IMG/VR virus record: IMGVR_UViG_2639762987_000013
Location: 1 to 38,273 of that record
Length of the DNA: 38,273 nt
Strand: one strand, 5' to 3'
From: a virus
Taxonomy: Duplodnaviria > Heunggongvirae > Uroviricota > Caudoviricetes
Shown: positions 17,097 to 29,569 of the stretch, piece after piece
Layout: every line of letters begins with the position of its first letter
Position numbering within the stretch: the first letter of the stretch is position 1
Translations under genes and position numbers: made by a program
The notes under the pieces: generated by a model
Seen by the model: the letters and a program-made list of their open reading frames with translations, nothing else
Told to the model about the DNA's origin: nothing
Database searches by the model: none

Positions 17097-17102
17097 TAGA
17101 GC

Positions 17103-17306
17103 ATGTACCGTATGGACAAAATCAGAGAATGGTTCAGTTACAGCTTCGGAGGACTGACTGCGATGGGTGGCATTCTCTCCCTGAATGACTGGGCTGTCAT
17201 CATTGGTATTCTTTGTACTGTCGGCACATTTGGCATCAACTGGTACTACAAGCGCAAAGAGCGCGAGGACAGATTGAATGGCAATGTCACCGGCACTACG
17301 AAATAG
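17103..17306 (+). CDS. Class II holin (pinholin-like, two TMDs) with dual start motif M-Y-R-M, 67 aa
   Basis: Two hydrophobic segments, charged C-terminus, immediately upstream of and overlapping SAR endolysin; Met1/Met4 separated by Arg as in S21 (MKSM). Confidence 0.7.
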   Translation: MYRMDKIREWFSYSFGGLTAMGGILSLNDWAVIIGILCTVGTFGINWYYKRKEREDRLNGNVTGTTK

Positions 17307-17781
17307 CGTAATAGCGGCGATAAGTGGCGGGGCTATTGCTATAGCATCTGTGTTAATCACTGGGCCAAGTGGTAACGATGGTCTGGAAGGTGTCAGCTAC
17401 ATACCATACAAAGATATTGTTGGTGTATGGACTGTATGTCACGGACATACCGGAAAAGACATCGTGCTCGGTAAAACGTATACCGAAGAAGAATGCAAAG
17501 CCCTCCTGAATAAAGACCTTGCCACGGTCGCCAGACAAATTAACCCGTACATCAAAGTCGATATACCGGAAACAACGCGCGGCGCTCTTTATTCGTTCGT
17601 CTATAACGTGGGCGCAGGCAATTTCAGAACATCGACGCTTCTTCGCAAAATAAACCAGGGCGATATCAAAGGCGCATGTGATCAGCTACGGCGCTGGACA
17701 TACGCTGGCGGTAAGCAATGGAAAGGGCTGATGACTCGCCGTGAGATTGAGCGTGAAGTCTGTTTGTGGGGTCAGCAATGA
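17278..17781 (+). CDS. R: SAR endolysin (T4-lysozyme-like GH24 with N-terminal signal-anchor-release domain; phage 21 R-type), 167 aa
   Basis: N-terminal Gly/Ala-rich SAR ...[34 protein letters not shown]...; catalytic E-D-T region; matches recalled R21. Confidence 0.9.
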   Translation: MAMSPALRNSVIAAISGGAIAIASVLITGPSGNDGLEGVSYIPYKDIVGVWTVCHGHTGKDIVLGKTYTEEECKALLNKDLATVARQINPYIKVDIPETTRGALYSFVYNVGAGNFRTSTLLRKINQGDIKGACDQLRRWTYAGGKQWKGLMTRREIEREVCLWGQQ

Positions 17782-18245
17782 ACAGAGTAACCGCGATTAT
17801 CTCCGCTTTGGTTATCTGCATCATCGTCTGCCTGTCATGGGCTGTTAATCATTACCGTGATAACGCCATCGCCTACAAAGAACAGCGTGATAAAAAAGTC
17901 AGTGAGCTGAAGCAGGCGACCGCCACCATTACTGACATGCAGCAACGCCAGCGTGCTGCTGATGCACTCGATGCTAAATACACGAAGGAGTTAGCTGATG
18001 CGAAAGCTGAAAATGATGCTCTTCGGCGCAATCTTGATAATGGTGGCAGGGTGCTCGTCAAAGGAAAATGCCCTGTGCCATCCTCAGCCGAAACCTCCGG
18101 CGCCTCCGGCATGGGCAATGATGCCACCGTCGAACTCTCTCCAGTTGCTGGACGAAACGTTCTCGGTGTCCGGGACGGAATTATCCGCGACCAAACAGCA
18201 CTGAGAACGCTTCAGGAATATATCAGGACGCAATGCCTTCGATGA
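17778..18245 (+). CDS. Rz: Rz i-spanin, about 155 aa
   Basis: [37 protein letters not shown]... matches lambda Rz; ATGA overlap with endolysin. Confidence 0.85.
   Translation: MNRVTAIISALVICIIVCLSWAVNHYRDNAIAYKEQRDKKVSELKQATATITDMQQRQRAADALDAKYTKELADAKAENDALRRNLDNGGRVLVKGKCPVPSSAETSGASGMGNDATVELSPVAGRNVLGVRDGIIRDQTALRTLQEYIRTQCLR
17998..18204 (+). CDS. Rz1: Rz1 o-spanin lipoprotein embedded in Rz (+1 frame), 68 aa
   Basis: Lipobox ...IMVAGCSS, Pro-rich mature region; embedded architecture typical of lambda Rz/Rz1. Confidence 0.7.
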   Translation: MRKLKMMLFGAILIMVAGCSSKENALCHPQPKPPAPPAWAMMPPSNSLQLLDETFSVSGTELSATKQH

Positions 18246-18419
18246 TAGCGATAATTTTACTCATCATCCTTCACATCTGGCTCTGTAGACAGGGTGATGA
18301 TCACTTCTGGAGTGAATCCAGATTAAACATCTCATTGCTGATGCTTGATATTGAGCATTTTGCGCGCGGTAAGGGGCTGCGTTGAGATAAGAGCCAGTCA
18401 TTACAAATACCAGGATTTA

Positions 18420-18443
18420 GCCTCGCATTTGCGGGGCTTTTTT
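18420..18443 (+). terminator. Intrinsic terminator after lysis cassette (GCCTCGC-ATTT-GCGGGGC + TTTTTT)
   Basis: Read from sequence. Confidence 0.6.
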
Positions 18444-18591
18444 ACATCTGCAGTAAACCGCGCATCGCAGCGCGTAACAATCCCGAGTCTTTCAGAAAGC
18501 TGAGCCTGAGAATTGCCGTATATGGTGGCGACCATCTCGGGGACGGCTTTTCTGTGCGAACAGGCTCATCTTTCTAAAAGGTAAAGACGCA

Positions 18592-19134
18592 ATGAACTAC
18601 CCAACCGTTGTTAACGATATAGATTTCAGAGACCTAATTTTTGTAGCAAACAACGATCCGGTTACAGATTCTTTTATGGTGGCAAAAGCATTTGGAAAGC
18701 TGCCGAAGAACGTGGTTCGTGACATTGAACGAACCATAGAAGCTTGCCCTCCTGAGTTTGATACAAAGCTCAACTTTGAGCTTTGCTATAAAAACAATGA
18801 GTTACAGAATGGTAAGCCGCAAAAATTCTACCGTCTCCGCAAGGATGGGTTGATGCTTTTGGTTATGTCCTACACCAAAAAAGAAGCAATGCGTATCAAA
18901 ATTGCTTACATCAACGCATTCAACTGGATGTACGCCATGCTTCAGGTTGGTCATCGTCAATTTGAAGAAGAGAGAAATGCCGTAATGCTGGAGTACATGA
19001 AAGAGAAGGATGTTGCCAGCATGTCAGGTCGCCTGCTCAATCGCTGGGGAAAAATTAAGAAGCCTCAGCTACTGGCGAGAATTGAACGCCTTGAACAGCA
19101 CGGGCAAACCGTAATCCCCGGACTCACTAATTAA
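18592..19134 (+). CDS. rha: Rha-family phage regulatory protein, 180 aa
   Basis: N-terminal ...VTDSFMVAKAFGKLPKNVVRDIERTI... Rha-like; position after lysis genes as in P22 rha. Confidence 0.55.
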   Translation: MNYPTVVNDIDFRDLIFVANNDPVTDSFMVAKAFGKLPKNVVRDIERTIEACPPEFDTKLNFELCYKNNELQNGKPQKFYRLRKDGLMLLVMSYTKKEAMRIKIAYINAFNWMYAMLQVGHRQFEEERNAVMLEYMKEKDVASMSGRLLNRWGKIKKPQLLARIERLEQHGQTVIPGLTN

Positions 19135-19292
19135 CAGCAGTACCACGAAGCAACCCAAGCCAGTAAGTGGGGAAATAACACTGGCAGCCACTGAAAGATG
19201 AACCTCCAGCCTTATGGCAAAAAAGATTCTTTGTGGTGGCGGACTGATGGAAAGACATCCTAATCAAGCAACCACTCTACAGGGTCATAATT

Positions 19293-19664
19293 ATGAACGA
19301 CCAGCAAATCGAAAAAGAAATCGTTGAGAAAGGCAAAACGGCACCGCGCGTTACGCCAGACCATATCGAAGGCATTATTGCTCAGGAGGCATATTTCACA
19401 GCAGAAGATGGTGCCTTTGGCAAAGCCATAAAAGCGAAACATACTGGCGGAGAGGTAAACTACCAGCCGCACGAATCACTTTCTCTGCTGACGTTCTGCG
19501 TCCTGGTGCTGCGCAACGGCTTCACCGTCACCGGAGAAAGCGCCTGTGCAAGTCCGGAAAATTTTGATGCAGAAATTGGTCGGAAGATTGCCAGACAGAA
19601 TGCTGTAAACAAAATCTGGATGCTCGAAGGTTACTTGCTGAAGCAGAAGCTAAGCGAACAGTAG
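19293..19664 (+). CDS. Conserved hypothetical phage protein, 123 aa, upstream of terminase
   Basis: ORF only; family not confidently recognised. Confidence 0.45.
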   Translation: MNDQQIEKEIVEKGKTAPRVTPDHIEGIIAQEAYFTAEDGAFGKAIKAKHTGGEVNYQPHESLSLLTFCVLVLRNGFTVTGESACASPENFDAEIGRKIARQNAVNKIWMLEGYLLKQKLSEQ

Positions 19665-19767
19665 TTATTACAAAAGCCATTCCCTACAGAGTGGCTTTGA
19701 TAATGGCTTATACCCTACACGGGATAACTTAACTGATATCCCTTTTAACGGATAAACGGAGCCAACA

Positions 19768-20010
19768 ATGGCGGAGATTATTCCCATGACTGAAGAACAG
19801 AAATTCCAGTTAGAGATTTACAAGCTGGTCATGAACCAGAACGCAGCCGCAGAAGAAGCATTTCAATTCATTGGCACTGACGAGCTGAAGCTTGAGCTAT
19901 TCAAAATTCACTTCCAGTCAGGAGGCGCTAATTCAGATATCACGACCCGCACTATCGAAGCGGTGCGTAAATCGAAGGAAGCGTTAGACCTGTTCACCAC
20001 CGGAGCATGA
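19768..20010 (+). CDS. Hypothetical protein, 80 aa
   Basis: ORF with upstream GGAG. Confidence 0.4.
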   Translation: MAEIIPMTEEQKFQLEIYKLVMNQNAAAEEAFQFIGTDELKLELFKIHFQSGGANSDITTRTIEAVRKSKEALDLFTTGA

Positions 20011-20039
20011 TGCTCAACCTGAAATAACGATTAAGTGAG

Positions 20040-20534
20040 ATGAATATGGCAGCACCAAAGGGCAACCGATTCTGGGAGGCCCGCAGTAGTCATGGGCGAA
20101 ACCCTAAATTCGAATCGCCTGAGGCGCTGTGGGCTGCTTGTTGTGAATACTTCGAGTGGGCTGATGATAACCCGCTATGGGAGGGTAAGGTATTTTCATA
20201 TCAGGGAGAAATAATTAAGGCTAATGTCCCTAAGATGCGAGCCATGACTATTTCAGGATTGTGTACCTTCCTTGATATCACCAGGCAAACATGGGGAACC
20301 TTCCGGTCAATGGAAGGTTTTTCTGACGTCACATCACGAGCGGAAGACATCATCTACGACCAGAAATTCTCTGGCGCAGCCGCTGACCTTCTCAACGCTA
20401 ACATCATCGCCCGTGATTTGGGCCTCAAAGAGCAGTCGCAAGTTGAAGACGTGACACCTGATAAGGGAGATCGCGATAAGCGGCGCTCTCGTATCAAGGA
20501 GCTATTCAACCGTGGAACTGGACGCGATTCTTGA
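20040..20534 (+). CDS. Terminase small subunit (P22 gp3-type), 162-164 aa
   Basis: [38 protein letters not shown]... matches recalled P22 gp3; true start may be ATG 20046. Confidence 0.8.
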   Translation: MNMAAPKGNRFWEARSSHGRNPKFESPEALWAACCEYFEWADDNPLWEGKVFSYQGEIIKANVPKMRAMTISGLCTFLDITRQTWGTFRSMEGFSDVTSRAEDIIYDQKFSGAAADLLNANIIARDLGLKEQSQVEDVTPDKGDRDKRRSRIKELFNRGTGRDS

Positions 20535-22011
20535 TAACCTGAGCGACGAAGAGCAAATCGAGTTGCTCGAGCTACTCGAAGAAGAAGAGAACTACCGGAA
20601 CACACACCTGCTATATGAATTTAAGCCATACAGCAAACAGCGTGAGTTCATCGACGCCGGGCATGACTATCCAGAGCGCTGTTTTATGGCTGGTAACCAG
20701 CTTGGTAAGTCATTTACCGGTGCTGCCGAAGTCGCGTTTCACCTTACAGGGCGTTATCCGGGCACAAAAGGCTATCCTGCTGATGGTAAATATGGCGGTG
20801 AGTGGAAAGGTAAGCGTTTCTATGAGCCTGTTGTCTTCTGGATTGGTGGCGAGACAAACGAGACTGTAACCAAAACGACTCAACGCATCCTGTGCGGTCG
20901 TATCGAAGAGAATGGTGAGCCAGGCTATGGTTCCATACCTAAAGAAGACATCATTAGCTGGAAGAAGTCTCCTTTCTTTCCGAACCTTGTTGATCATCTT
21001 CTGGTTAAGCATCACACGGCTGATGGCGTTGAAGATGGCATTTCAATCTGCTACTTCAAGCCATACTCGCAAGGCCGTGCTCGCTGGCAGGGTGACACAA
21101 TCCACGGCGTGTGGTTTGACGAAGAGCCACCATACAGCATTTATGGCGAAGGTCTTACCCGTACCAACAAATACGGGCAATTCTCAATTCTGACGTTTAC
21201 CCCGCTGATGGGGATGTCTGACGTTGTTACCAAGTTCCTGAAGAATCCAAGCAAGTCGCAGAAAGTGGTCAACATGACCATCTATGACGCTGAGCACTAC
21301 ACCGACGAGCAGAAAGAGCAAATCATCGCATCCTATCCTGAGCATGAGAGAGAGGCGCGTGCTCGCGGTATTCCTACGATGGGTAGCGGGCGAATCTTCC
21401 AGATACCGGAAGAGACGATTAAGTGTCAGCCGTTTGAGTGCCCTGATCACTTCTACGTAATTGGCGGGATGGATTTCGGATGGGATCACCCGCAGGCGCA
21501 GGTTCAGCTTTGGTGGGATAAGGACGCAGACACAATCTACGTTTCACGCGTGTGGAAGGCGAAAGAAAAGACAGCCGTTCAGGCGTGGGGAGCTGTTAAA
21601 TCATGGGCGCATAAAGTGCCAACCGCATGGCCTCATGACGGAAACCAGCATGAGAAGGGCGGTGGTGAGCAGCTCAAAGGGCAGTATGCAGACGCTGGAT
21701 TTATGATGTTGCAGGAGCATGCGACATGGCCTGATGGCGGTAATGCTGTTGAGCCTGGCATCACTGAATTGCGAGACATGATGCTCGATGGTCGCTTCAA
21801 AGTATTCAACACCTGTGAGCCATTCTTTGAGGAGTTCCGCCTCTATCACCGTGATGAAAACGGGAAGATCGTCAAGCTTAACGACGACGTGCTATCCGCC
21901 GTTCGCTATGCATACATGATGCGCCGCTTCGCAAAAATGATGCGCGACATCAAAAAACCAAAAGAGAAAAAGATACCAGCCCCAATCAGGCCCATCGCAC
22001 GGAGAACTTAA
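20512..22011 (+). CDS. Terminase large subunit (P22 gp2-type), 499 aa
   Basis: Length and sequence match recalled P22 gp2; overlaps small subunit gene. Confidence 0.9.
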   Translation: MELDAILDNLSDEEQIELLELLEEEENYRNTHLLYEFKPYSKQREFIDAGHDYPERCFMAGNQLGKSFTGAAEVAFHLTGRYPGTKGYPADGKYGGEWKGKRFYEPVVFWIGGETNETVTKTTQRILCGRIEENGEPGYGSIPKEDIISWKKSPFFPNLVDHLLVKHHTADGVEDGISICYFKPYSQGRARWQGDTIHGVWFDEEPPYSIYGEGLTRTNKYGQFSILTFTPLMGMSDVVTKFLKNPSKSQKVVNMTIYDAEHYTDEQKEQIIASYPEHEREARARGIPTMGSGRIFQIPEETIKCQPFECPDHFYVIGGMDFGWDHPQAQVQLWWDKDADTIYVSRVWKAKEKTAVQAWGAVKSWAHKVPTAWPHDGNQHEKGGGEQLKGQYADAGFMMLQEHATWPDGGNAVEPGITELRDMMLDGRFKVFNTCEPFFEEFRLYHRDENGKIVKLNDDVLSAVRYAYMMRRFAKMMRDIKKPKEKKIPAPIRPIARRT

Positions 22012-24177
22012 ATGGCCGACGAAAACAGACTCAATTCCATTCTGTGTAAGTTTGACGCAGACTGGATGGCGAGCGATGAAGCCAGAACCGAGGCGACAAA
22101 TGACCTGTATTTTAGCCGAGTGTCGCAATGGGATGACTGGCTATCAAACTACACCACCCTGCAGTATCGCGGACAATTCGATGTTGTCCGCCCGGTTGTC
22201 AGGAAGTTGGTCGCAGAGATGCGCCGGAACCCTATCGACGTTCTCTTCCGACCAAAAGACGGTGCTAATCCTGATGCTGCCGATGTGCTGATGGGGATGT
22301 ATCGTACTGATATGCGCCATAACACGGCAAAAATTGCCGTTAACGTTGGCGTTCGTGAGCAGATAGAGTCCGGCGTTGGTGCATGGCGTCTGGTCACGCA
22401 GTACGAAGACAACGATCCAACAAGCAACAATCAGGTAATCCGACGCCTGCCAATCCATGAGGCCTGCTCACACGTCATATGGGACGCAAACAGCAAGCAG
22501 ATGGATAAGAGCGACGCTAAGCACTGCACGGTGATTAACGCTTTGTCACGCAATGGCTGGAAAGAGTTCGCAGAGGATTACGGTATTGATCCTGACACGC
22601 TGCCATCTTTCCAGAATCCGAACGATACATGGCTGTTTCCGTGGGTATCGAATGATGTCGTCTACGTCGCTGAGTATTACGAGGTCGAAGAGAAGAAAGA
22701 GAAGGTCTTCATCTACCGCGACCCGCTGACAGGTGAGCCGGTCAGCTATTACCAGCAAGATATCAAAGACGTCATCGACGACCTGGCTAATCGTGGATTC
22801 ATTAAGGTAGTAGAGCGCAAGGTGAAGCGTCGGCGTGTGTATAAGTCGATCATCACCTGCACGCAGATACTGAAAGACCGCGAGAAGATAGCCGGAGAGC
22901 ATATTCCAATCGTTCCAGTGTATGGCGAATGGTCATTCGCTGGTGACAAGGAGTGCTACGAAGGAGTGGTAAGGCTGACGAAAGACGGTCAGCGCCTTCG
23001 TAACATGATCATGTCATTCAACGCCGATATTGTTGCTCGTTCACCGAAGAAGAAACCGACCTTCTTCCCTGAGCAAATCGAAGGCTACGAATACATGTAC
23101 GGTGGAAATGATGACTATCCGTACTATCTGCAGAACAAGACCGATGAAAACGGTAACGACCTGCCGATTGGCCCAATCTCCTACATGGAAAACCCTGAAG
23201 TGCCGCAAGCCAACGCTTACATGCTTGAGGCTGCCACCAACGCAGTGAAAGAGGTGGCTAGTCTTGGTGTGGATGCGCAGGCAGCAAACTCTCAGGTCGC
23301 TTTCGATACCGTCAATCAACTGAACATGCGGGCAGACCTTGAGACATACGTGTTTCAGGATAACCTAGCTACCGCAATGCGACGTGATGGCGAGATTTAT
23401 GCCTCAATGGTCAACGATATTTATGACGTTCCTCGCCATGTAACGCTGACACTTGAAGATGGTAGCGAGAAAGACGTTCAACTCTACGCGCAAGTTGTCG
23501 ATTACCAGTCCGGCAATGTGGTCACACTCAACGACATTCGCGGTCGCTATGAGTGCTATACAGACGTTGGACCATCCTTCCAGAGTATGAAGGAACAGAA
23601 CCGCGCAGAGATTCAGGAGTTGCTCACCAAGGTTCCGCAAGGTACTCCAGAGTTCCAGATGCTGATGCTGCAATACTTCACGCTGCTTGACGGTAAAGGC
23701 GTCGAGATGATGCGAGAGTACGCGAACAAGCAACTGGTGATGATGGGGCTGAAGAAACCAGAAACACCTGAAGAGATGGAGATGGTACAGCAGGCTCAAC
23801 AGCAGCCGCAGCAGCCATCAGCAGAGCAAATTCAGGCGCAGGGTATCCTTCTGCAAGGTCAGGCTGAATTGCTCAAGGCAGAGAACCAACAGGCGCAGAT
23901 TCAGGTTGAAGCCGCCAAGGTTGAAGCCCAAAACCAACTCAACGCCGCGAAGATTGCAGAAATCTTCAACAATATGGACCTCGACAAGCAGGCAGAACTG
24001 CGTGAGTACCTCAAGCTCGTAGGTCAATTCCAGCAACAGCGCAGCAAAGATGCTCGTGCTAACGCTGAGCTGCTTCTTAAAGATGCAGACCAGACTCATT
24101 CACAACGCATGGATTTCGCGAATCTTATGCGTCAAGTTCAAATCCCCTCCGGCGGAGTAGCCGAGACACCTCAATAA
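22012..24177 (+). CDS. Portal protein (P22 gp1-type), 721 aa
   Basis: Size, position and sequence consistent with P22 portal including Gln-rich C-terminal barrel region. Confidence 0.9.
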   Translation: MADENRLNSILCKFDADWMASDEARTEATNDLYFSRVSQWDDWLSNYTTLQYRGQFDVVRPVVRKLVAEMRRNPIDVLFRPKDGANPDAADVLMGMYRTDMRHNTAKIAVNVGVREQIESGVGAWRLVTQYEDNDPTSNNQVIRRLPIHEACSHVIWDANSKQMDKSDAKHCTVINALSRNGWKEFAEDYGIDPDTLPSFQNPNDTWLFPWVSNDVVYVAEYYEVEEKKEKVFIYRDPLTGEPVSYYQQDIKDVIDDLANRGFIKVVERKVKRRRVYKSIITCTQILKDREKIAGEHIPIVPVYGEWSFAGDKECYEGVVRLTKDGQRLRNMIMSFNADIVARSPKKKPTFFPEQIEGYEYMYGGNDDYPYYLQNKTDENGNDLPIGPISYMENPEVPQANAYMLEAATNAVKEVASLGVDAQAANSQVAFDTVNQLNMRADLETYVFQDNLATAMRRDGEIYASMVNDIYDVPRHVTLTLEDGSEKDVQLYAQVVDYQSGNVVTLNDIRGRYECYTDVGPSFQSMKEQNRAEIQELLTKVPQGTPEFQMLMLQYFTLLDGKGVEMMREYANKQLVMMGLKKPETPEEMEMVQQAQQQPQQPSAEQIQAQGILLQGQAELLKAENQQAQIQVEAAKVEAQNQLNAAKIAEIFNNMDLDKQAELREYLKLVGQFQQQRSKDARANAELLLKDADQTHSQRMDFANLMRQVQIPSGGVAETPQ

Positions 24178-24190
24178 GAGAGAGTTAACC

Positions 24191-25102
24191 ATGGACCAAA
24201 CCACCGACATTCAGGCTTCTGAAGAATTAACCCTGCCCGGCAATCATGCAGCGGCATCTGCTGATGGCTTAGTTGTCGATAATGCCAACGACAGTGCAGG
24301 TCAGGAAGAAGGCTTTGAGATTGTCCTGAAAGACGATGAGAAACCAAAACAAGACCCGGCAACTAATGCTGAATTTGCCCGTCGCCGCATCGAACGCAAA
24401 CGCCAGCGTGAGCTTGAGCAGCAGATGGAAGCGGTTAAGCGTGGAGAGTTGCCGGAGCACCTGCGGGTGAACCCTGAGTTACCAAAACAACCAGACCCTA
24501 ACGATTATCTTTCCGAAGATGCACTGGCTAAGTACGACTATGACCAGAGCCGCGCACTGGCTGCCTTCCAGCAGGCAAACAGTGAATGGCAGATCAAGGC
24601 TATGGACGCACGAAGCCAGGCTGTCGCCGAGCAGGGTCGCAAAACTCAGGAGTTCACCCAGCAATCAGCGCAATACGTCGAGGCAGCCCGTAAGCACTAC
24701 GACGCAGCGGAAAAGCTCAATATCCCTGACTATCAGGAGAAAGAGGATGCATTCATGCAACTGGTGCCGCCAGCAGTCGGTGCCGACATCATGCGCCTCT
24801 TCCCGGAGAAATCCGCTGCTCTCATGTATCACCTTGGTGCTAATCCTGAGAAAACACGCCAGTTGCTGGCGATGGACGGGCAATCCGCGCTGATTGAACT
24901 CACTCGACTGTCAGAACGTTTAACTCTCAAGCCTCGAGCAAAGCCTGTTTCAGAAGCCCCGTTACCTGATGAACCCATTCAGGGACACGCTGTTGCTGCA
25001 AATATCTCTGCGATTGAAAAGCAGATGGAAGCGGCAGCAAACAAAGGGGATGTAGAGACGTACCGCAAGCTTAAGGCGCAACTGAATAAAGGAATTCGAT
25101 AA
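24191..25102 (+). CDS. Scaffolding protein (P22 gp8-type), 303 aa
   Basis: Matches recalled P22 gp8 (…[69 protein letters not shown]…). Confidence 0.85.
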   Translation: MDQTTDIQASEELTLPGNHAAASADGLVVDNANDSAGQEEGFEIVLKDDEKPKQDPATNAEFARRRIERKRQRELEQQMEAVKRGELPEHLRVNPELPKQPDPNDYLSEDALAKYDYDQSRALAAFQQANSEWQIKAMDARSQAVAEQGRKTQEFTQQSAQYVEAARKHYDAAEKLNIPDYQEKEDAFMQLVPPAVGADIMRLFPEKSAALMYHLGANPEKTRQLLAMDGQSALIELTRLSERLTLKPRAKPVSEAPLPDEPIQGHAVAANISAIEKQMEAAANKGDVETYRKLKAQLNKGIR

Positions 25103-26397
25103 TGGCATTAAATGAAGGTCAACTGGTCACATATGCTCTGGATGAAATCATCGAAACCGTCCAGAACCTGACGCCAATGGCGTCCAAAGTGACAAAATAC
25201 ACCCCTCCGGCAGAATCAATGCAGCGTTCAAGCAACACCGTGTGGATGCCTGTTGAGCAGGAAGCGCCAACCCAGACTGGCTGGGATTTAACTGGCAACG
25301 CAACCGGGATTCTGGAACTCTCCGTGAAATGCAACATGGGCGATCCGGATAACGATTTCTTCGAGCTTCGTGCAGATGACCTGCGTGATGAGCGTTCTTA
25401 CCGTCGCCGCATCCAGGCATCCGCCAAAAAACTGGCGAATAACATTGAGTCAGCAATTGCCAAACAGGCAACTGAAATGGGCTCGCTTGTTGTTCACGAT
25501 ACCCGCGCAATTGGTCCATCTACTGGCCTGTCTGGATGGGATTTTGTGTCTGATGCAGAGCGACTGATGTTCTCCCGTGAGCTAAACCGCGATATGGGCA
25601 TCAGTTACTTCCTGAATCCTGACGATTACCGCAAAGCAGGCCGCAACCTGGTAGATGGTGACATCTTCGGTCGCGTTCCTGAAGAAGCGTATCGCAACGG
25701 TACTATTCAGCGTCAGATTGCTGGCTTTGATGAAATTCTTCGCTCACCGAAACTTCCGGCAGTTACCAAGTCAACCGCTACTGGTGTAACTGTGTCTGGA
25801 GCGCAGAAGTTTAAGCCGCAGGCATACACCCTTGATACCGATGGTAACAAGGAGAACGTCGACAACCGTGTTGCAACGGTGACCGTATCCTCCACCACCG
25901 GATTTAAGCGCGGCGACAAAATCAGCTTCACTGGTGTGAAATTCCTGTCTCAGATGGCGAAGAACGTGCTGACTGATGATGCGACTTTCTCAATCACCCG
26001 AGTGATCGATAGTACTCACATCGAAATCACGCCGAAGCCGATTGCGCTGGATGACGCGTCACTGACAAAAGAAGAGAAGGCTTACGCTAACGTAAACACC
26101 TCTCTTGCTAATACCACTCCGGTAAACGTTCTGAACGTGGCAACAACCACCGCTAACGTGTTCTGGGCTGATGACTCAATCCGCCTGCTGTCTCAGCCGA
26201 TTCCGGTAACCCATGAACTGTTTGCTGGCATGAAAACTTCTTCCTTCAGCATTCCAGGTATTGGTGTTAACGGCATCTTCGCAACGCAGGGTGATATCAA
26301 CACTCTGTCTGGTAAGTGCCGTATTGCTGTGTGGTATTCAGCATGTGCTGTACGACCAGAGGCAATTGGTGTTGGTCTGCCTAACCAGACTGCGTGA
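25102..26397 (+). CDS. Major capsid (coat) protein (P22 gp5-type), 431 aa
   Basis: MALNEGQ...[19 protein letters not shown]...[20 protein letters not shown].....[13 protein letters not shown] matches P22 coat. Confidence 0.9.
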   Translation: MALNEGQLVTYALDEIIETVQNLTPMASKVTKYTPPAESMQRSSNTVWMPVEQEAPTQTGWDLTGNATGILELSVKCNMGDPDNDFFELRADDLRDERSYRRRIQASAKKLANNIESAIAKQATEMGSLVVHDTRAIGPSTGLSGWDFVSDAERLMFSRELNRDMGISYFLNPDDYRKAGRNLVDGDIFGRVPEEAYRNGTIQRQIAGFDEILRSPKLPAVTKSTATGVTVSGAQKFKPQAYTLDTDGNKENVDNRVATVTVSSTTGFKRGDKISFTGVKFLSQMAKNVLTDDATFSITRVIDSTHIEITPKPIALDDASLTKEEKAYANVNTSLANTTPVNVLNVATTTANVFWADDSIRLLSQPIPVTHELFAGMKTSSFSIPGIGVNGIFATQGDINTLSGKCRIAVWYSACAVRPEAIGVGLPNQTA

Positions 26398-26405
26398 TAA
26401 CCAGA

Positions 26406-26427
26406 GGGAGCTTCGGCTCCCTTTTTT
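26406..26427 (+). terminator. Intrinsic terminator just after coat gene (GGGAGC-TTCG-GCTCCC + TTTTTT)
   Basis: Perfect 6-bp stem, tetraloop, T6. Confidence 0.6.
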
Positions 26428-26441
26428 ATCTGGAGACAAGC

Positions 26442-26697
<256 letters not shown>

Positions 26698-26720
<23 letters not shown>

Positions 26721-27198
26721 TTTAGTTCTTGCGGCATTACGTAAGCTCGGTGTGGCATCAAATGCCACGTTAACCGATGTCGAACCGCAGTCTATGGAAG
26801 ACGGCGTCAACGACCTTGAAATGATGATGGCTGAATGGCTTGGCGGTGATGTGTCACCTGGTATCAACGTTGGCTACATTTTCGCTGATGCAGATGTCGC
26901 TCCAGATCCGGGCGATGAGCACGGTTTATCAAATAACGCTATCAATGCCGTCATTTTCAACCTTGCCTGCCGCATTGCTCCGGATTATGCGCTGGAAGCG
27001 TCTGCAAAACTTATAACCACTGCCAGATACGGGAAAGAGAGACTCGTCAAACTGTCTGCAATGGACAGAGCAAAAGCCGCTAAATGTAAGTCCGGTTATC
27101 CAAACCGTATGCCTGTTGGTAGTGGTAACCAGTTGGCGAAGTGTAACGGTTGGAATTACTTCCAGCGAAAGGAACCTTGCGATAACGGGAGCGAATAA
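26698..27198 (+). CDS. Tail accessory/head-completion protein (P22 gp4-type), 166 aa
   Basis: ...[37 protein letters not shown]... matches recalled P22 gp4; ATG 26698. Confidence 0.8.
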
Positions 27199-28616
27199 TG
27201 CCGATTCAGCAACTTCCGCTTATGAAAGGTGTCGGCAAAGACTTTCGAAACGCCGACTATATCGACTATCTGCCAGTGAATATGCTGGCAACCCCCAAAG
27301 AAATCCTCAACAGCAGTGGATATCTTCGCTCATTCCCTGGCATTGCCAAACGCTCTGATGTGAATGGTGTATCGCGCGGTGTCGAGTACAACATGGCGCA
27401 GAATGCTGTTTATCGCGTTTGCGGTGGCAAGTTGTATAAGGGCGAAAGCGAGGTCGGTGATGTTGCCGGAAGTGGTCGCGTATCAATGGCGCATGGTCGA
27501 ACATCTCAGGCGGTAGGCGTTAATGGTCAACTGGTCGAGTATCGCTATGATGGAACGGTTAAAACAGTCTCAAACTGGCCTACAGACAGCGGATTCACTC
27601 AGTATGAGTTAGGTTCGGTTCGCGACATTACGCGTTTACGTGGGCGTTATGCGTGGTCAAAAGACGGCACGGATTCATGGTTTATCACTGACCTTGAAGA
27701 CGAATCGCATCCTGACCGTTACAGCGCACAATATCGCGCAGAATCGCAGCCGGACGGTATCCTCGGCATCGGAACATGGCGAGACTTCATCGTCTGCTTT
27801 GGTTCATCGACGATTGAATATTTTTCCCTGACTGGGGCAACCACCGTTGGTGCCGCTTTGTATGTCGCACAGCCATCACTGATGGTGCAGAAAGGCATTG
27901 CCGGAACTTACTGCAAAACGCCGTTTGCTGATTCCTATGCGTTTATCAGCAATCCGGCAACAGGTGCTCCGTCTGTATACATCATCGGCTCCGGTCAGGT
28001 ATCACCAATCGCCAGCGCGAGCATTGAGAAAATCCTCCGCTCCTACACTGCTGATGAACTGGCTGATGGTGTGATGGAATCGTTGCGGTTTGATGCTCAT
28101 GAGTTGCTGATTATCCATCTTTCGCGTCACGTCCTTGTGTACGACGCATCTTCAAGCGCCAATGGTCCGCAATGGTGTGTGCTGAAAACAGGCCTGTATG
28201 ACGATGTGTACCGCGCTATCGACTTCATTTACGAAGGCAATCAGATAACGTGCGGCGATAAGCTGGAGTCCGTGACCGGAAAATTGCAGTTCGACATCAG
28301 CAGCCAGTATGGGCTACAGCAAGAACACCTGCTGTTTACTCCACTCTTCAAAGCAGATAACGCCAGATGCTTTGATCTGGAGGTGGAATCATCGACGGGG
28401 GTCGCTCAGTACGCCGACCGCCTGTTCCTCTCGGCAACCACTGATGGCATCAATTACGGTCGTGAGCAGATGATTGAGCAGAATGAACCGTTCGTTTACG
28501 ACAAGCGTGTTTTGTGGAAGCGAGTCGGGCGCATCAGGAAAAATGTCGGCTTCAAATTGCGCGTTATCACGAAGTCACCTGTCACTCTGTCTGGCTGCCA
28601 GATAAGGATCGAGTAA
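27198..28616 (+). CDS. Tail accessory protein (P22 gp10-type), 472 aa
   Basis: Size and position; TAATG overlap with gp4. Confidence 0.8.
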   Translation: MPIQQLPLMKGVGKDFRNADYIDYLPVNMLATPKEILNSSGYLRSFPGIAKRSDVNGVSRGVEYNMAQNAVYRVCGGKLYKGESEVGDVAGSGRVSMAHGRTSQAVGVNGQLVEYRYDGTVKTVSNWPTDSGFTQYELGSVRDITRLRGRYAWSKDGTDSWFITDLEDESHPDRYSAQYRAESQPDGILGIGTWRDFIVCFGSSTIEYFSLTGATTVGAALYVAQPSLMVQKGIAGTYCKTPFADSYAFISNPATGAPSVYIIGSGQVSPIASASIEKILRSYTADELADGVMESLRFDAHELLIIHLSRHVLVYDASSSANGPQWCVLKTGLYDDVYRAIDFIYEGNQITCGDKLESVTGKLQFDISSQYGLQQEHLLFTPLFKADNARCFDLEVESSTGVAQYADRLFLSATTDGINYGREQMIEQNEPFVYDKRVLWKRVGRIRKNVGFKLRVITKSPVTLSGCQIRIE

Positions 28617-29569
28617 TGGCTGATTCGAATCTCAATGAGCCGGTAATCATTCAGGCTACACGACTCGACACATCAGTCCTTCCACGCAATATCTTCTCGC
28701 AGTCATATCTGCTGTACGTTATCGCACAGGGTACTGATGTTGGTAACGTGGCTAACAAGGCCAACGAAGCAGGGAAGGGAGCTTATGATGCACAGGTGAA
28801 GAATGATGAGCAGGATGTCACCCTTGCAGACCATGAATCCAGAATTGCTGCTGCTGAAGCAACTCTCGTCAATCATGAACATAGAATCGCAGCAGCGGAA
28901 AGCACTCTTGCAGATCATGAAACAAGGATTACGGCTGCCGAAACAGAGCTGGCTGATCACGAGACGCGAATTGCTGCCAATGAATCTGAGTTAGCAAACC
29001 ATGATGCGCGAATAACTCAGAATACAACCGATATCAACGCACTTGATACCAGGCTCACAGCGGCAGAGGGAAGTATTTCGACGCTACAAAGCACAGTTGG
29101 TGATCACTCAACAAGAATATCTGCGCTTGAGTATGCCACCACGCGCAAGAAATCAGAGGTTGTTTACTCAGGAGTATCGGTAACCATTCCAACAGCGCCG
29201 ACCAACCTTGTTAGCCTGCTGAAAACGCTCACGCCGTCATCCGGGACGTTGGCACCATTCTTCGATACTGATAACAACAAGATGGTTGTTTTCAACGAGA
29301 ACAAAACCCTGTTCTTCAAGCTGTCGATTGTCGGGACGTGGCCCAGCGGAACCGCAAACAGGTCAATGCAGCTAACCTTTTCCGGATCTGTTCCTGACAC
29401 ACTGGTAAGCAGTCGCAACTCGGCGACAACAACCGATAACATCCTGTTAGCTACGTTCTTCAGCGTGGATAAAGACGGCTTTCTTGCCACAAATGGCAGT
29501 ACGTTAACCATCCAGTCAAATGGGGCGGCGTTTACTGCCACAACCATCAAGATAATCGCGGAGCAGTGA
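28616..29569 (+). CDS. Tail needle (P22 gp26-type N-terminus and coiled-coil, with extended C-terminal domain), 317 aa
   Basis: N-terminus [43 protein letters not shown]... matches P22 gp26; 14-aa tandem repeats; C-terminal approximately 130 aa unlike P22. Confidence 0.8.
   Translation: MADSNLNEPVIIQATRLDTSVLPRNIFSQSYLLYVIAQGTDVGNVANKANEAGKGAYDAQVKNDEQDVTLADHESRIAAAEATLVNHEHRIAAAESTLADHETRITAAETELADHETRIAANESELANHDARITQNTTDINALDTRLTAAEGSISTLQSTVGDHSTRISALEYATTRKKSEVVYSGVSVTIPTAPTNLVSLLKTLTPSSGTLAPFFDTDNNKMVVFNENKTLFFKLSIVGTWPSGTANRSMQLTFSGSVPDTLVSSRNSATTTDNILLATFFSVDKDGFLATNGSTLTIQSNGAAFTATTIKIIAEQ

Noticed and set aside
16668-17102. Toxin or other moron cargo between Q and the lysis genes (as in Stx phages)
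   Set aside because: The interval is only about 435 bp and is filled by pR', terminators and the holin leader; no ORF of plausible size.
20040-20534. pac site within the terminase small-subunit gene
   Set aside because: Expected for P22-like headful packaging, but I could not identify the specific pac sequence from memory with confidence.
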